DNA of 64,000 bases from Brevibacterium senegalense (GTDB lineage Bacteria; Actinomycetota; Actinomycetes; Actinomycetales; Brevibacteriaceae), in the NCBI GenBank assembly GCA_020743695.1, contig DYUK01000081.1, forward strand, positions 154 to 64,153, written 5' to 3'. A model generated the notes under the pieces. That model was not told the DNA's origin. It ran no database searches and saw nothing but the letters and a program-made list of their open reading frames with translations. The position numbers were made by a program, and so were the translations under genes. Of this stretch, positions 42,872 through 57,010 are shown piece by piece; position 1 is the first letter of the stretch, and every line of letters starts with the position of its first letter.

Positions 42872-45049
42872 ATGGATCCGCACCCCCGGGACACCCGCCC
42901 ACAGGACGCCCCCAGCCGGCCCGTGCCGCTGGCGGGCCACCGTCCGGACATCGTCCGGTCCGTCGCCCCGTTCCAGGTGGTGTCGGACTACTCGCCGTCG
43001 GGGGACCAGCCCACCGCGATCGCGGACATGTCCGCGCGCCTGGACCGGGGGGAGAAGGACATCGTCCTGCTGGGCGCCACCGGCACCGGCAAGTCCGCGA
43101 CGACCGCGTGGCTCATCGAGCAGGTGCAGCGGCCCACGCTCGTCATGGCCCACAACAAGACGCTCGCCGCCCAGCTGGCGAACGAGTTCCGGCAGCTGCT
43201 GCCGCACAACGCGGTCGAGTACTTCGTGTCCTACTACGACTACTACCAGCCGGAGGCGTACGTCCCGCAGACGGACACCTTCATCGAGAAGGACTCGTCG
43301 ATCAACGACGAGGTCGAGCGCCTGCGGCACTCCGCCACGAACGCGCTGCTGACCCGCCGTGACGTCGTCGTCGTCTCGACCGTCAGCTGCATCTACGGCC
43401 TGGGCACCCCGGAGGAGTACGTCGACCGGATGGTGTCACTGTCCGTGGGCGACGAGCTGGACCGGGACGAGCTCCTCAAACGATTCGTCTCGATGCAGTA
43501 CACGCGCAACGACGTCGCCTTCACGCGGGGCACGTTCCGCGTGCGGGGGGACACGGTCGAGATCATCCCGCAGTACGAGGAGCTGGCGCTGCGGATCGAG
43601 TTCTTCGGCGACGAGATCGAGTCGCTCTACACCCTCCACCCGCTCACCGGCGAGATCGTGCGGGAGGAGGAGGTCGTCCACATCTTCCCCGCCAGCCACT
43701 ACGTCGCCGGCGACCAGCGGATGGGGCGGGCGATCGCGGACATCGAGCAGGAGCTGCAGGAGCGCCTGGAGGAGCTCGAGGGGCAGAACAAGCTGCTGGA
43801 GGCGCAGCGGCTCAAGATGCGCACCACCTACGATCTCGAGATGATGCGGTCGATGGGCTTCACCTCGGGCATCGAGAACTACTCGCGCCACATCGACGGG
43901 CGTGCCGCGGGCACGGCGCCCAACTGCCTCCTCGACTACTTCCCGGAGGACTTCCTCCTCGTCATCGACGAGTCCCATGTGACGGTCCCGCAGATCGGCG
44001 GGATGTACGAGGGCGACATGTCGCGCAAGCGCACGCTCGTGGACCACGGGTTCCGCCTGCCCAGCGCGCTCGACAACCGGCCCCTGCGCTTCGGGGAGTT
44101 CCTCGACCGGATCGGACAGACCGTCTACCTGTCCGCGACCCCGGGGGACTTCGAGCTGGAGCGGGCGAACGGGACGGTCGAGCAGATCATCCGCCCCACC
44201 GGACTCGTCGACCCCCGCATCGAGGTCAAACCCACGCGCGGGCAGATCGACGACCTGCTGGAACAGATCCGGGTCCGGGTCGAGCGGAACGAGCGCGTGC
44301 TCGTCACGACGCTCACGAAGAAGATGGCGGAGGACCTCACGGACTATCTGCTGGAGCACGAGGTGCGCGTCGAGTACCTGCACTCGGACGTCGACACGCT
44401 GCGCCGCGTCGAGCTGCTGAGCGAGCTGCGGGCCGGCGACTTCGACGTGCTCGTGGGCATCAACCTGCTGCGCGAGGGCCTCGACCTGCCGGAGGTGTCG
44501 CTCGTGTCGATCCTCGACGCGGACAAGGAGGGCTTCCTGCGGTCCGCCACCTCCCTCATCCAGACGATCGGCCGTGCGGCCCGCAACGTGCGCGGCGAGG
44601 TCCACATGTACGCGGACACGATCACGCGGTCGATGCGCGAGGCGATCGACGAGACGGACCGCCGTCGCGCGGTGCAGATCGCCCACAACGAGGAGCACGG
44701 CATCGACCCGCAGCCGCTCGTCAAGAAGCTGTCCGACATCACGGAGCGCCTGCGCCGCGAGGACGAGGACACGAAGGAGATCCTCGCGGAGTTCGACTAC
44801 GGCAAGGGCAAGCGCGGGTTCAACGCGACGATCACGGACGAGCAGCGGGAGGCGTTCGACAGGACCCGGGGTCCGGGCGCGCCGCTGGCCCCGCCGGCGG
44901 AGGACCTCGTCGAGCTCATCGCGACGCTCACGGACCAGATGCACGCGGCCGCGGCGGACCTCCAGTTCGAGCTCGCGGCGCGCCTGCGGGACGAGCTGGG
45001 CGACCTCAAACGCGAGCTGCGGCAGATGAAGGAGGCGGGACACGTCTGA
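42872..45049 (+). CDS. uvrB: Excinuclease ABC subunit B
   Basis: ATG 42872; [58 protein letters not shown]-terminal UVR domain. Confidence 0.98.
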   Translation: MDPHPRDTRPQDAPSRPVPLAGHRPDIVRSVAPFQVVSDYSPSGDQPTAIADMSARLDRGEKDIVLLGATGTGKSATTAWLIEQVQRPTLVMAHNKTLAAQLANEFRQLLPHNAVEYFVSYYDYYQPEAYVPQTDTFIEKDSSINDEVERLRHSATNALLTRRDVVVVSTVSCIYGLGTPEEYVDRMVSLSVGDELDRDELLKRFVSMQYTRNDVAFTRGTFRVRGDTVEIIPQYEELALRIEFFGDEIESLYTLHPLTGEIVREEEVVHIFPASHYVAGDQRMGRAIADIEQELQERLEELEGQNKLLEAQRLKMRTTYDLEMMRSMGFTSGIENYSRHIDGRAAGTAPNCLLDYFPEDFLLVIDESHVTVPQIGGMYEGDMSRKRTLVDHGFRLPSALDNRPLRFGEFLDRIGQTVYLSATPGDFELERANGTVEQIIRPTGLVDPRIEVKPTRGQIDDLLEQIRVRVERNERVLVTTLTKKMAEDLTDYLLEHEVRVEYLHSDVDTLRRVELLSELRAGDFDVLVGINLLREGLDLPEVSLVSILDADKEGFLRSATSLIQTIGRAARNVRGEVHMYADTITRSMREAIDETDRRRAVQIAHNEEHGIDPQPLVKKLSDITERLRREDEDTKEILAEFDYGKGKRGFNATITDEQREAFDRTRGPGAPLAPPAEDLVELIATLTDQMHAAAADLQFELAARLRDELGDLKRELRQMKEAGHV

Positions 45050-45066
45050 TCGGTGTACGATGAACC

Positions 45067-45174
45067 GTCGTTGAAGGGGAGTATCCCGACACCTTCCGCA
45101 TTCGTCACCACGATCGCAGCCATCCTGCGGATCCGGATGCGGAGCGGCCGCCGGCCGTGGGAGAGACTTTCGAC
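45067..45174 (+). ncRNA. yybP-ykoY (Mn2+-sensing) riboswitch
   Basis: 5' GAAGGGGAGTA ... CGTCACCAC ... GAGACTTTC 3' with GTCG..GAAG/CTTTCGAC closing stem; directly downstream of a TACGAT -10 (45056-45061) and upstream of a TerC gene, the classic context. Confidence 0.85.
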
Positions 45175-45209
45175 CGCGTGCAGCGACCACTCTCCTCTGA
45201 AAGGCACTC

Positions 45210-46202
45210 ATGCAAGAGTTCTTCCAGGATCCCTACCACGTGTTCGAGGTCGTCTCGAGCATCGTGATCGTGCTGATCCTCGTCGCGGACCTCCTCCTGG
45301 TCATCAAGCGGCCCCACACGCCCTCCATGAAGGAGGCCTCGCTGTGGGTCGCCTTCTACGTCACCCTCGCCCTCATCTTCGCGGGCGTCCTCTTCGCGAT
45401 GGGCGATGCGGAGCACGGCGGACAGTTCCTCGCCGGCTGGCTGACGGAGTACAGCCTCAGCATCGACAACCTGTTCGTCTTCGTCATCATCATGACCGGC
45501 TTCTCCGTGCCGAAGAAGTACCAGCAGCAGGTGCTCATGGTGGGCATCATCCTCGCCCTCATCTTCCGCGGCATCTTCATCGTCGCGGGTTCCGCGATCA
45601 TCGAGCGCTTCATCGAGGTGTTCTTCCTCTTCGGCGTGTTCCTCCTGTGGACCGCGTGGCGCCAGGCGTTCAGCGGCGGTGACGACGAGGACGCGGAGAA
45701 CGGCTTCATCCGCTTCCTGCGCAAGCGCATCAACATCACGGACGAGTACCACGAGAACAAGCTGCGCGTCACGATCGACGGGAAGAAGTTCTTCACCCCC
45801 ATGCTCATCGTGTTCATCGCGATCGGCACGACGGACATCATGTTCGCGCTCGACTCGATCCCCGCGATCTTCGGCATCACGCAGGACCCGTTCCTCGTCT
45901 TCACGGCGAACGTGTTCGCGCTCATGGGTCTGCGCCAGCTGTACTTCCTGCTGGGCGGGCTGCTCGACAAGCTCCCGTACCTGCACTACGGCATCGCCGC
46001 GATCCTCGCCTTCATCGGTGTGAAGCTGTTCCTGCACGCCCTCCACGAGACGGAGTGGCTGCCGGAGTCCTTCACCTCGCAGGTGCCGGTCATCACGACG
46101 TGGCAGTCGCTGGGCTTCATCGTCCTCGCGATGCTCGTCGCGACGGTCGCGAGCCTCATCGCGATGAAGCGGACCCAGGAGGCGCCGCTGCGCCGCGACT
46201 GA
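45210..46202 (+). CDS. TerC/Alx-family membrane protein (probable Mn2+ exporter)
   Basis: EYSLSIDNLFVF, GIILALIFRGIFI, TDIMFALDSIPAIFG, ANVFALMGLRQLYFLL, FIGVKLFL. Confidence 0.92.
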   Translation: MQEFFQDPYHVFEVVSSIVIVLILVADLLLVIKRPHTPSMKEASLWVAFYVTLALIFAGVLFAMGDAEHGGQFLAGWLTEYSLSIDNLFVFVIIMTGFSVPKKYQQQVLMVGIILALIFRGIFIVAGSAIIERFIEVFFLFGVFLLWTAWRQAFSGGDDEDAENGFIRFLRKRINITDEYHENKLRVTIDGKKFFTPMLIVFIAIGTTDIMFALDSIPAIFGITQDPFLVFTANVFALMGLRQLYFLLGGLLDKLPYLHYGIAAILAFIGVKLFLHALHETEWLPESFTSQVPVITTWQSLGFIVLAMLVATVASLIAMKRTQEAPLRRD

Positions 46203-46225
46203 TCCGCTGTCCCCACCCGGCCGTA

Positions 46226-46269
46226 CGCCGAGGCCCCGGTCACCTGCACAGGTGACCGGGGCCTCGGCG
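46226..46269. terminator. Long hairpin between convergent terC and yciI
   Basis: CGCCGAGGCCCCGGTCACCTG-ca-CAGGTGACCGGGGCCTCGGCG, a perfect 21-bp inverted repeat. Confidence 0.8.
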
Positions 46270-46283
46270 GTGGTGGGGTCGGA

Positions 46284-46571
46284 TCAGGCCTCGAAGGGGC
46301 CGAACACGGGGTTCCACGCACGGATCGTCGTGTCGTCGATGACGCCCGCGTCCGCGTACGGGTCCTGCGCCAGCAGGCTCGCGATCTCCTCCTTGTCCGC
46401 ACCGCGGAGGATCAGCAGACCGCCCGGCGTCAGCTCGTCCTCGAGAGGTCCGGACGCCAGCAGACGACCCGCGTCGAGCTGCGCTGCCTGCCACTCGCGG
46501 TGGGCCGGGCGGACCTCCATCCGCTTGTCCGTATCGGGGCCGTAGGTGTAGGTGACGGCGAAGACTGCCAT
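46284..46571 (-). CDS. YciI-family protein
   Basis: ATG 46571 after GGAGAG; R..HREW..LLASGPL..GGLLIL..LAQDPY..IRAW. Confidence 0.85.
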   Translation of the reverse strand: MAVFAVTYTYGPDTDKRMEVRPAHREWQAAQLDAGRLLASGPLEDELTPGGLLILRGADKEEIASLLAQDPYADAGVIDDTTIRAWNPVFGPFEA

Positions 46572-46672
46572 GGCTCTCCTGTGTGTCGGTCGGATGCGAG
46601 TGCGATACTCGTCTCGGAGCACGGGTGCGCCCCGTGCACAGACACTATCCCCTCGAGACCAGGAGCCCCCGC

Positions 46673-49183
46673 GTGTCCCGACTCCCGCAGATCCCCGACG
46701 ACTTCGCGGACGCCGACACCGTCTGGGAGACGTTCGAGACGCATGTGCGGGAGAGCGGGATGAGCCTGTACCCCGCGCAGGAGGAGGCGATCCTCTCCGT
46801 GCTCGCGGGCGACAACACGATCGTCGCGACCCCCACCGGCTCCGGCAAGTCGATGGTGGCGCTCGCAGCGCTGTACTACGCGGTGTCGACGGGCCGGACC
46901 GCCTACTACACCGCGCCGCTCAAGGCACTCGTGAGCGAGAAGTTCTTCTCGCTCGTCGAGGCGCTGGGACGCGAGAACGTGGGCATGGTGACCGGCGACA
47001 GCTCCGTGAACCCGGAGGCGCCGGTCATCTGCGCGACCGCGGAGATCCTCGCGAACCACGCCCTGCGCGAGGGTGCTCAGCTGGACGTCGCGCTCGTCGT
47101 CATGGACGAGTTCCACTACTTCGGGGACCCCCAGCGCGGCTGGGCGTGGCAGGTGCCGCTGCTCGAGATGCCGCAGGCCCAGTTCGTCCTCATGTCCGCC
47201 ACGCTGGGCGACACGACGGACATCTCGCAGCGGCTCACGGACCTGACCGGCCGGGACACCGCGCACATCGGGTCCGCGCAGCGACCGGTCCCGCTCGAGT
47301 ACGAGTACTCGAGCTCGCCTCTGCTCGAGAAGCTCGCCGCCCTCGTCGCGGAGGACCGCGCTCCCGTCTACGTCGTCTCGTTCGTCCAGGCCCGCTCCGT
47401 GGAGCTCGCGCAGTCGATCCTCGCGGCGAACCTCACGACGCGCGCACAGCGGGACGCGATCGCCCAGGAGGTGCGCGGCTTCCGCTTCGGCAAGGGCTTC
47501 GGGGTCACCCTCCGGCGACTGGTCCTGGGCGGCGTGGGCGTGCACCACGCCGGCATGCTGCCCCGGTACCGGCGGCTCGTCGAGCACCTGGCGCTCACGG
47601 GTCTGCTGAGCGTCGTGTGCGGGACGGACACGCTGGGCGTGGGCATCAATGTGCCCATCCGGACGGTGCTCTTCACCTCGCTGGCCAAGTTCGACGGCCG
47701 CCGGGTCCGGCAGCTGCAGGTGCGGGAGTTCCAGCAGATCGCCGGCCGCGCCGGCCGTGCGGGCTTCGACTCCGTGGGCTACGTCGTCGCGCAGGCCCCG
47801 GAGCACGAGATCGAGAACGCGGTCGCGCTCGCGAAGGCAGGGTCCGATCCGAAGAAGCAGAAGAAGGTCAAGCGGAAGAAGGCGCCCGAGGGCCACGTGG
47901 GCTGGTCGCAGCAGACGTTCGAGAACCTGGAGGCGGGCACACCGGAGCAGCTGCGGTCCCACATGCGGATCACCCACTCGATGATCGTGAACCTGCTGGC
48001 GCGACCGCACGCGGGGGTCCACACGATCCGCGACTTCCTCGAGCGCACCCACGAATCCCGCGAGCGGATCCTCGACCTCATGCTGCGGGCGCTGCGGATC
48101 GGCCGCAGCCTGCTGGCCGGCGGCGTCATCGAGCGGACCGTGACGGACGACGGGCGCGTCGAGTACGCGCTCAGTGCGGACCTGGGCCCGGACTTCGCCC
48201 TCAACCAGCCGCTCAGCCCGTTCGCGCTGGCGGCCCTCGACCTCTTCGACGAGCAGTCGGAGACCTGGGCGCTCGATGCGCTGAGCGTCATCGAGGCGAC
48301 GACGCAGATCCAGCACCACATCATCCGGGGCCAGCTGGACCGCATCAAGGGCGACGAGGTGGCGGCGCTCAAGGCGGAGGGCGTCGAGTACGCGGAGCGG
48401 ATGGAGGTCCTCGACTCCCTCGATGTGCCCCGGCCCAACGGCGAGGTCCTCGAGGCCGCGTTCGACGCGTACGCGGAGACCGCACCGTGGGTGCGCGAGA
48501 TCGGGATCGAACCCAAGGCGATCGTCGCGGACATGATCGAGCAGTCGATGAACTTCTCGCAGTTCGTCGCCTACTACGGCATCGCCCGCGTGGAGGGCGG
48601 CCTCCTGCGCTACCTCCTCGACGTGTGGCGCGCCCTCGTCCAGACGGTCCCGGTCGACCGCCGCGGCGAGGAGCTCGAGGACATCATCACGTGGCTGGGC
48701 GACCTGGTCGTGCGCGTCGACTCGAGCCTCGTCGAGGAGTGGGCGGCCCTCGCGGAGCCGGGGGAGGAGCTGCCCGACGTCGCACTCCACGCGCTGGAGC
48801 GGACGTTCACCTCCGACGAGCGCCGGTTCACGGCCGCCGTGCGCAACGCGCTCTTCCACCGCGTCCTGCTGGCCGAGCGCGCGGCCTACCGCGAGCTGGG
48901 CGCGCTCGACGGGGAGTCCGGCTGGGGCGCCCGCGAGTGGGAGGACGCGATCGAGTCCTTCTACGACGAGTACGACGACCTGGGCATCGACGCGGACGCA
49001 CGGTCCGCACGGATGGTGCACATCGAGCGGGGGACGGACACCTGGAGCGTGCGGCAGGTGCTGGCGGACCCGCAGGGCGACGGCGACTGGTCCATCCGGG
49101 CGACCGTCGACCTGCCCGCCAGCGACGAGGCGGGCGAGGTCGTCCTCCGCATCGACGGGGTGGGACCCCTCACAGACGAGTGA
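46673..49183 (+). CDS. Ski2-like DEAD/DEAH-box helicase, DUF3516 type
   Basis: GTG 46673 after AGGAG; [65 protein letters not shown], actinobacterial C-terminal domain. Confidence 0.9.
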   Translation: MSRLPQIPDDFADADTVWETFETHVRESGMSLYPAQEEAILSVLAGDNTIVATPTGSGKSMVALAALYYAVSTGRTAYYTAPLKALVSEKFFSLVEALGRENVGMVTGDSSVNPEAPVICATAEILANHALREGAQLDVALVVMDEFHYFGDPQRGWAWQVPLLEMPQAQFVLMSATLGDTTDISQRLTDLTGRDTAHIGSAQRPVPLEYEYSSSPLLEKLAALVAEDRAPVYVVSFVQARSVELAQSILAANLTTRAQRDAIAQEVRGFRFGKGFGVTLRRLVLGGVGVHHAGMLPRYRRLVEHLALTGLLSVVCGTDTLGVGINVPIRTVLFTSLAKFDGRRVRQLQVREFQQIAGRAGRAGFDSVGYVVAQAPEHEIENAVALAKAGSDPKKQKKVKRKKAPEGHVGWSQQTFENLEAGTPEQLRSHMRITHSMIVNLLARPHAGVHTIRDFLERTHESRERILDLMLRALRIGRSLLAGGVIERTVTDDGRVEYALSADLGPDFALNQPLSPFALAALDLFDEQSETWALDALSVIEATTQIQHHIIRGQLDRIKGDEVAALKAEGVEYAERMEVLDSLDVPRPNGEVLEAAFDAYAETAPWVREIGIEPKAIVADMIEQSMNFSQFVAYYGIARVEGGLLRYLLDVWRALVQTVPVDRRGEELEDIITWLGDLVVRVDSSLVEEWAALAEPGEELPDVALHALERTFTSDERRFTAAVRNALFHRVLLAERAAYRELGALDGESGWGAREWEDAIESFYDEYDDLGIDADARSARMVHIERGTDTWSVRQVLADPQGDGDWSIRATVDLPASDEAGEVVLRIDGVGPLTDE

Positions 49184-49186
49184 GCG

Positions 49187-49208
49187 TGTCCGTCCCGGTC
49201 GATACAGT
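49187..49208 (+). promoter_or_regulatory. uvrA promoter, TGTCCG-N10-TACAGT (RecA-NDp/PafBC-like)
   Basis: TGTCCG 49187-49192, 10 nt, TACAGT 49203-49208, 6 nt to GTG 49215. Confidence 0.7.
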
Positions 49209-49214
49209 GGGGGA

Positions 49215-52116
<2,902 letters not shown>

Positions 52117-52130
<14 letters not shown>

Positions 52131-53997
52131 GTACCGTCCCGCGTCGGGGGAGATCCCCACGTCCCCCGGCGTCTACCGCTTCCGTGACGAGGACCGGCGG
52201 ATCCTCTACGTGGGCAAGGCGAAGAACCTGCGCCAGCGGCTCAACTCCTACTTCGCGGACCCGGCCGGACTCCACCCCCGCACCTTCCGCATGGTGCACT
52301 CCGCCGCCTCCGTCGAGTGGACCGTCGTGGGCACTGAGGTCGAGGCACTCCAGTTGGAATGGACGTGGATCCGCGAGTTCAGTCCGCGCTTCAACGTCAT
52401 GTTCCGGGACGACAAGTCCTACCCTTACCTCGCGATCACGACGAAGGACCGCATCCCGCGCGTGTACGTGACCCGGGGCAAGCGGAAGAAGGGCATCACG
52501 TACTACGGGCCGTTCGGCCAGGCCTGGGCGATCCGCGAGTCCCTCGACCTGCTGCTCCAGGTGTTCCCGGTCCGCACGTGCACGTCCGGCGTCCTCCAGC
52601 GCGCACAGCGCAGCGGCCGCCCCTGCCTGCTGGGCTACATCGACAAGTGCTCCGCCCCCTGCGTGGGGCGGGTGTCGGAGGACGAGCACCGCGAGCTGGT
52701 CCGGGGGATCGGGGACTTCATGTCCGGCTCCACCGGCACGCTCATCTCCCAGCGGCGCAAGGAGATGGCGACCGCTGCGGAGGAGCTCGACTACGAGCGC
52801 GCCGCCCGCCTGCGCGACGAGATCCAGGCGCTGGAGAAGGTCCTGGCGAAGAACGCCGTCGTGCTCTCGATGAACGCGGACTGCGATGTCTTCGCCGTCC
52901 ACTACGACGAGCTCGAGGCCGCGGTCCAGGTCTTCCACGTGCGCGGCGGGCGGATCCGCGGTGAGCGTGGCTGGATCGTCGAGCGCCTCGAGCACGCGAC
53001 GCCTGAGCAGCTGGCCGCGGACTACCTCCGGCAGGCGTACGGGGAGGTCGACCCGCAGGCGGTGCCCGCAGAGGTGCTCGTCGACGTGCTGCCGGAGGAC
53101 GCGGACACCGTCGAGCAGTGGCTGCGCGAACGCCGCGGCGGTCGCCGGGTGACGCTGCGGGTGCCGGAGCGCGGGGAGAAGGCCGCGCTGCTCGAGACGG
53201 TCCGGCAGAACGCCCAGCAGTCGCTCGTGCTGCACCGCACGCGCCGCGCCTCCGACCTCACGACCCGCAGCGAGGCCCTGCGCGAGGTGCACGAGGTCCT
53301 GGGACTCGACGAACCGCCCATGCGGATCGAGTGCATCGACAACTCGCACACGCAGGGGCAGAACGTCGTGGGCTCGCTCGTCGTCTTCGAGGACGGGCTG
53401 CCGCTCAAGCGCGACTACCGGCACTTCTCCGTGCGCGGGGAGGCCGCGCGCGACGACACGTCCGCGATGTACGACGTCGTGTCCCGGCGCTTCACGCGCT
53501 ATCTCGAGAGCCTCGCGGCGGAGGAGCCCGACGAGCGGTTCGGCTACCGCCCCTCGCTGCTGCTGGTCGACGGCGGACCGCCGCAGGTGGCGGCCGCGCG
53601 GCGCGCCCTCGACGACCTGGGGCTCGCGCAGATCGCCGTCGCGGGACTCGCGAAGCGTCTCGAGGAGGTCTGGCTGCCCGGCGAGGAGTACCCCACGGTC
53701 TTCCCGCGCAGCTCGGAGGGCCTCTACCTGCTCCAGCGCCTCCGCGACGAGGCGCACCGGTTCGCGATCACGTACCACCGGAAGAAGCGGGCCGCGACCG
53801 CGACGGCGTCCGCCCTCGACGGGATCCCCGGCCTGGGACCCGCGCGGCAGAAGGCGCTGCTGGCACGGTTCGGCTCCGTCGCCCGTGTGCGCGCGGCGAC
53901 GGTCGAGCAGCTGCAGGAGGTCCAGGGCGTGGGACCCGCCCTTGCGGCTACGATTCACGCAGGACTCGCAGAAGGGACGACCACTGATGACAGCTGA
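52117..53997 (+). CDS. uvrC: Excinuclease ABC subunit C
   Basis: GTG 52117; GIY-YIG ([22 protein letters not shown]), [31 protein letters not shown], HhH GIPGLG. Confidence 0.97.
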
Positions 53998-54880
53998 CAC
54001 CTCCGTTCGCGCTCAGCTGCCCGAAGTCGTGCTCGTGACCGGCATGTCCGGCGCGGGGAAGTCGACGGCCGCGCGGGTGCTCGAGGACCTCGACTGGTAC
54101 GTCGTCGACAACCTGCCCGCCGCGATGATCGCGCCGCTCCTCGAGCTGGTGGGCCGTGCGGAGGGAGCTCTGCCCCGGGTCGCGATCGTGACGGACATCC
54201 GCGGCCGCGGCGCGCAGCGCGCGGATCTGGCCTCCGCGGTCGACGAGTACCTCCACCAGGGCATCGCCCTGCGCGTGCTCTTCCTCGAGGCCGCGGACGA
54301 CATCCTGGTCCGCAGGTTCGAATCCGTCCGGCGGCCGCACCCCCTGCAGGGCGACGGGACGCTGCTGGACGGCATCACCGCGGAGCGCGCGGCGCTGGAG
54401 AACATCAAGCACCGCTCGGACGTTGTCATCGACACCTCGACGCTCAACATCCACGAGCTGGCGAAGGAGGTCCGCCAGGCGTTCGCGACGGAGGCCGGGG
54501 ACACCCTCCGGCTGACCGTCATGAGCTTCGGCTTCAAGCACGGCATCCCCACGGACGCGGACCACGTCGCGGACGTGCGCTTCCTCCCCAACCCGCACTG
54601 GGTGCCGCACCTGCGCCCGTTCGACGGGACGGACTCGGAGGTCGCGGACTACGTCTTCCAGAAGCCGATCGCCTCGCAGTTCCTCGACGAGTACACCCAG
54701 GCGCTCGCGACGGTGGTGCGCGGCTACCTCGAGGACGGGCGCTCCTCCGCGACCGTCGCCGTGGGCTGCACGGGCGGTCGCCACCGCTCCGTCGCGATGT
54801 CCGAGGAGCTCGCCCGTCGACTGCGGCAGGCGACCGGTCTGCGCGTCTCCGTCCGCCACCGCGATCTGGAGAAGTCGTGA
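53987..54880 (+). CDS. rapZ: RNase adapter RapZ/YvcJ-family P-loop protein
   Basis: ATG 53987; VTGMSGAGKS, VDNLP, RRPHPLQ, SFGFKHG, DVRFLPNP, GCTGGRHRSV. Confidence 0.94.
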   Translation: MTADTSVRAQLPEVVLVTGMSGAGKSTAARVLEDLDWYVVDNLPAAMIAPLLELVGRAEGALPRVAIVTDIRGRGAQRADLASAVDEYLHQGIALRVLFLEAADDILVRRFESVRRPHPLQGDGTLLDGITAERAALENIKHRSDVVIDTSTLNIHELAKEVRQAFATEAGDTLRLTVMSFGFKHGIPTDADHVADVRFLPNPHWVPHLRPFDGTDSEVADYVFQKPIASQFLDEYTQALATVVRGYLEDGRSSATVAVGCTGGRHRSVAMSEELARRLRQATGLRVSVRHRDLEKS

Positions 54881-55941
54881 GCGGCGGTCGGGTGCCGGAC
54901 ATGGGTCGGGCCCCCAGCACGGAGGAGCTGCCGCTGCTGCTGGGCGGCCTCCTGGGCAGCTCGCCGCAGGACAGCGAGGCTGGCGACGAGCCCCGGGTCG
55001 TGAGCTTCGGCGGCGGCCACGGGCTCTACGCCGCGCTGCGCGCCTTCCGGCTCATCACGGAGAACCTCACCGCCGTCGTGACCGTCGCGGACGACGGAGG
55101 GTCATCCGGACGTCTGCGCGCGGAGATGGGCGGCCTGCCGCCGGGCGACCTGCGCATGGCGCTGGCCGCACTCTGCGACGACGGCGAATGGGGACGCGTG
55201 TGGCGCGGGGTCATGCAGCACCGCTTCGTGTCGCGGGGCGCCCTCGACGGGCACGCGGTGGGCAACCTCCTCATCGCCGCGCTGTGGCAGATCCACGAGG
55301 ACCACGTCGTGGGACTCGACTGGATCGCCCGCCTGCTGCGCGCGCACGGTCGTGTCCTGCCCATGTCGTCCGTCCCCCTCACGATCGAAGCGGACGTCGT
55401 GACGCCCGCGGCCGGTGCGTCGGAGGTCATCCGCGGCCAGTCCGTGCTGGCCGCGACCCCGGGCCTGGTCGAGGAGGTCCGGCTCGACCCGGCCTCGCCC
55501 CCGGCCCGCAGCGAGACGATCGCGGCGGTCGAGGCGGCGGACGTGCTCAACCTGGGGCCCGGCTCCTGGTACACGTCGGTCATGCCGCACCTGCTCGTGC
55601 CCCAGCTGGCGGACGCGATCGTCCGCTCGCAGGCCCTCAAGACGCTCACGCTCAATCTGGGGGCGGCGCCGGGGGAGACGGTCGACCTCTCCCTCGTCGA
55701 CCACCTCCAGTCGTTGCACCGGCACGCGCCGGACCTCCGCCTCGACGTCGTGCTCGTCGACGCCGCCGCGGCGGCGAAGGAGTCCGCCCTCGTCGGGATC
55801 GCCTCGGAGCTCTTCGGTGCGGAGGTCCGCACACACCCGCTCACGTCCCGCCGCCCGCGCCAGCATGACAGCCTCAAGCTCGCGGCCTGCTACCGTGATC
55901 TGCTGCTCGACCGCGGACTCCTGACGGAGGACTCGTGGTGA
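54877..55941 (+). CDS. YvcK/CuvA (UPF0052) uridine-diphosphate-GlcNAc-binding protein
   Basis: [50 protein letters not shown]. Confidence 0.9.
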   Translation: MSGGRVPDMGRAPSTEELPLLLGGLLGSSPQDSEAGDEPRVVSFGGGHGLYAALRAFRLITENLTAVVTVADDGGSSGRLRAEMGGLPPGDLRMALAALCDDGEWGRVWRGVMQHRFVSRGALDGHAVGNLLIAALWQIHEDHVVGLDWIARLLRAHGRVLPMSSVPLTIEADVVTPAAGASEVIRGQSVLAATPGLVEEVRLDPASPPARSETIAAVEAADVLNLGPGSWYTSVMPHLLVPQLADAIVRSQALKTLTLNLGAAPGETVDLSLVDHLQSLHRHAPDLRLDVVLVDAAAAAKESALVGIASELFGAEVRTHPLTSRRPRQHDSLKLAACYRDLLLDRGLLTEDSW

Positions 55942-55972
55942 GGACTGTCGGTCGGAAGGAGAAGGAGTGCCC

Positions 55973-56956
55973 ATGGCGCTGACCGCCCAGGTGAAGGACG
56001 AGCTCGCCCGCTTCGAGGTGACGCGGGTGTCCGCGCGCAAGGCGGAGGTGACGTCGATCCTCCGGTTCTCGTCCGCCCTCCACCTCTCCGGCGGCGCCGT
56101 CCTCATCGAATCGGAACTGGACACGGCCGCGGCGGCGCGCCGTCTGCGCGCGGAGACCCGCGGGCTCTTCGGCCACACGGCGGAGATCGTCGCGATCACC
56201 GGCGGAGGCCTGCGCCGCGGCAGCAGGTACCTCGTCCGCATCGCGCAGGACGCCGCGTCGCTCGCCCGGCAGACGGGCCTCCTGGACGCGCGCGGCCGTC
56301 CCGTCCGCGGACTGCCCTCGACGATCGTCAACGGGGCGGTCGCGGACTGCGAGGCGGCCTGGCGCGGCGCGTTCCTGGCGCACGGCTCGCTCACGGAACC
56401 CGGCCGCTCCGCCGCACTCGAGGTCACCTGCCCCGGTCCCGAGGCCGCCCTCGCCCTCGTGGGTGCTGCCCGCAGGCTCGACATCGCCGCGAAGGCCCGT
56501 GAGGTCCGCGGCACGGACCGCGTCGTCATCCGCGACGGGGACGCGATCGCCGCGCTGCTGACCCGGATGGGCGCCCACGATGCGGTGCTCGTGTGGGAGG
56601 AGCGCCGGATGCGGCGCGAGGTGCGGGCGACCGCCAACCGGCTGGCGAACTTCGACGACGCGAACCTCCGCCGGTCGGCCCGCGCCGCGGTCGCCGCCGG
56701 CGCACGGGTCGAGCGGGCCCTTGAGATCCTGGGCGACGAGGTGCCGGAGCACCTCCGGTACGCGGGCAGGCTGCGGCTCACCCACAAGCAGGCCTCGCTC
56801 GAGGAGCTGGGCCAGCTGGCGGATCCGGTCATGACGAAGGACGCGGTCGCCGGCCGTATCCGCCGCCTGCTCGCGACGGCGGACAAGCGCGCGGAGGAGC
56901 TGGGGATCCCGGGCACGGACGCCAACATCACGGCGGACATGCTCGAGGACGAATGA
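55973..56956 (+). CDS. whiA: DNA-binding protein WhiA
   Basis: ATG 55973 after AAGGAG; [53 protein letters not shown]. Confidence 0.97.
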   Translation: MALTAQVKDELARFEVTRVSARKAEVTSILRFSSALHLSGGAVLIESELDTAAAARRLRAETRGLFGHTAEIVAITGGGLRRGSRYLVRIAQDAASLARQTGLLDARGRPVRGLPSTIVNGAVADCEAAWRGAFLAHGSLTEPGRSAALEVTCPGPEAALALVGAARRLDIAAKAREVRGTDRVVIRDGDAIAALLTRMGAHDAVLVWEERRMRREVRATANRLANFDDANLRRSARAAVAAGARVERALEILGDEVPEHLRYAGRLRLTHKQASLEELGQLADPVMTKDAVAGRIRRLLATADKRAEELGIPGTDANITADMLEDE

Positions 56957-57010
56957 CCGCTGAGCAGTCGATAGGATGGGATCACCCCACGATCTGAGGA
57001 GCGCCTCTCC

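Noticed and set aside
42780-42872. LexA SOS box or SigH/SigR promoter at osmC/uvrB
   Set aside because: No TCGAAC-N4-GTTCGA; the minus-strand GGAAC at 42836-42840 has no GTT at the expected spacing.
22400-45010. Apparent motif avoidance (CTG/GTG before GGC; occasional AAA or GAA codons)
   Set aside because: Counter-examples exist in the window (ctcaagc, ttcgagccg, gtcggc), so I cannot infer a restriction-site avoidance signal without k-mer counts.
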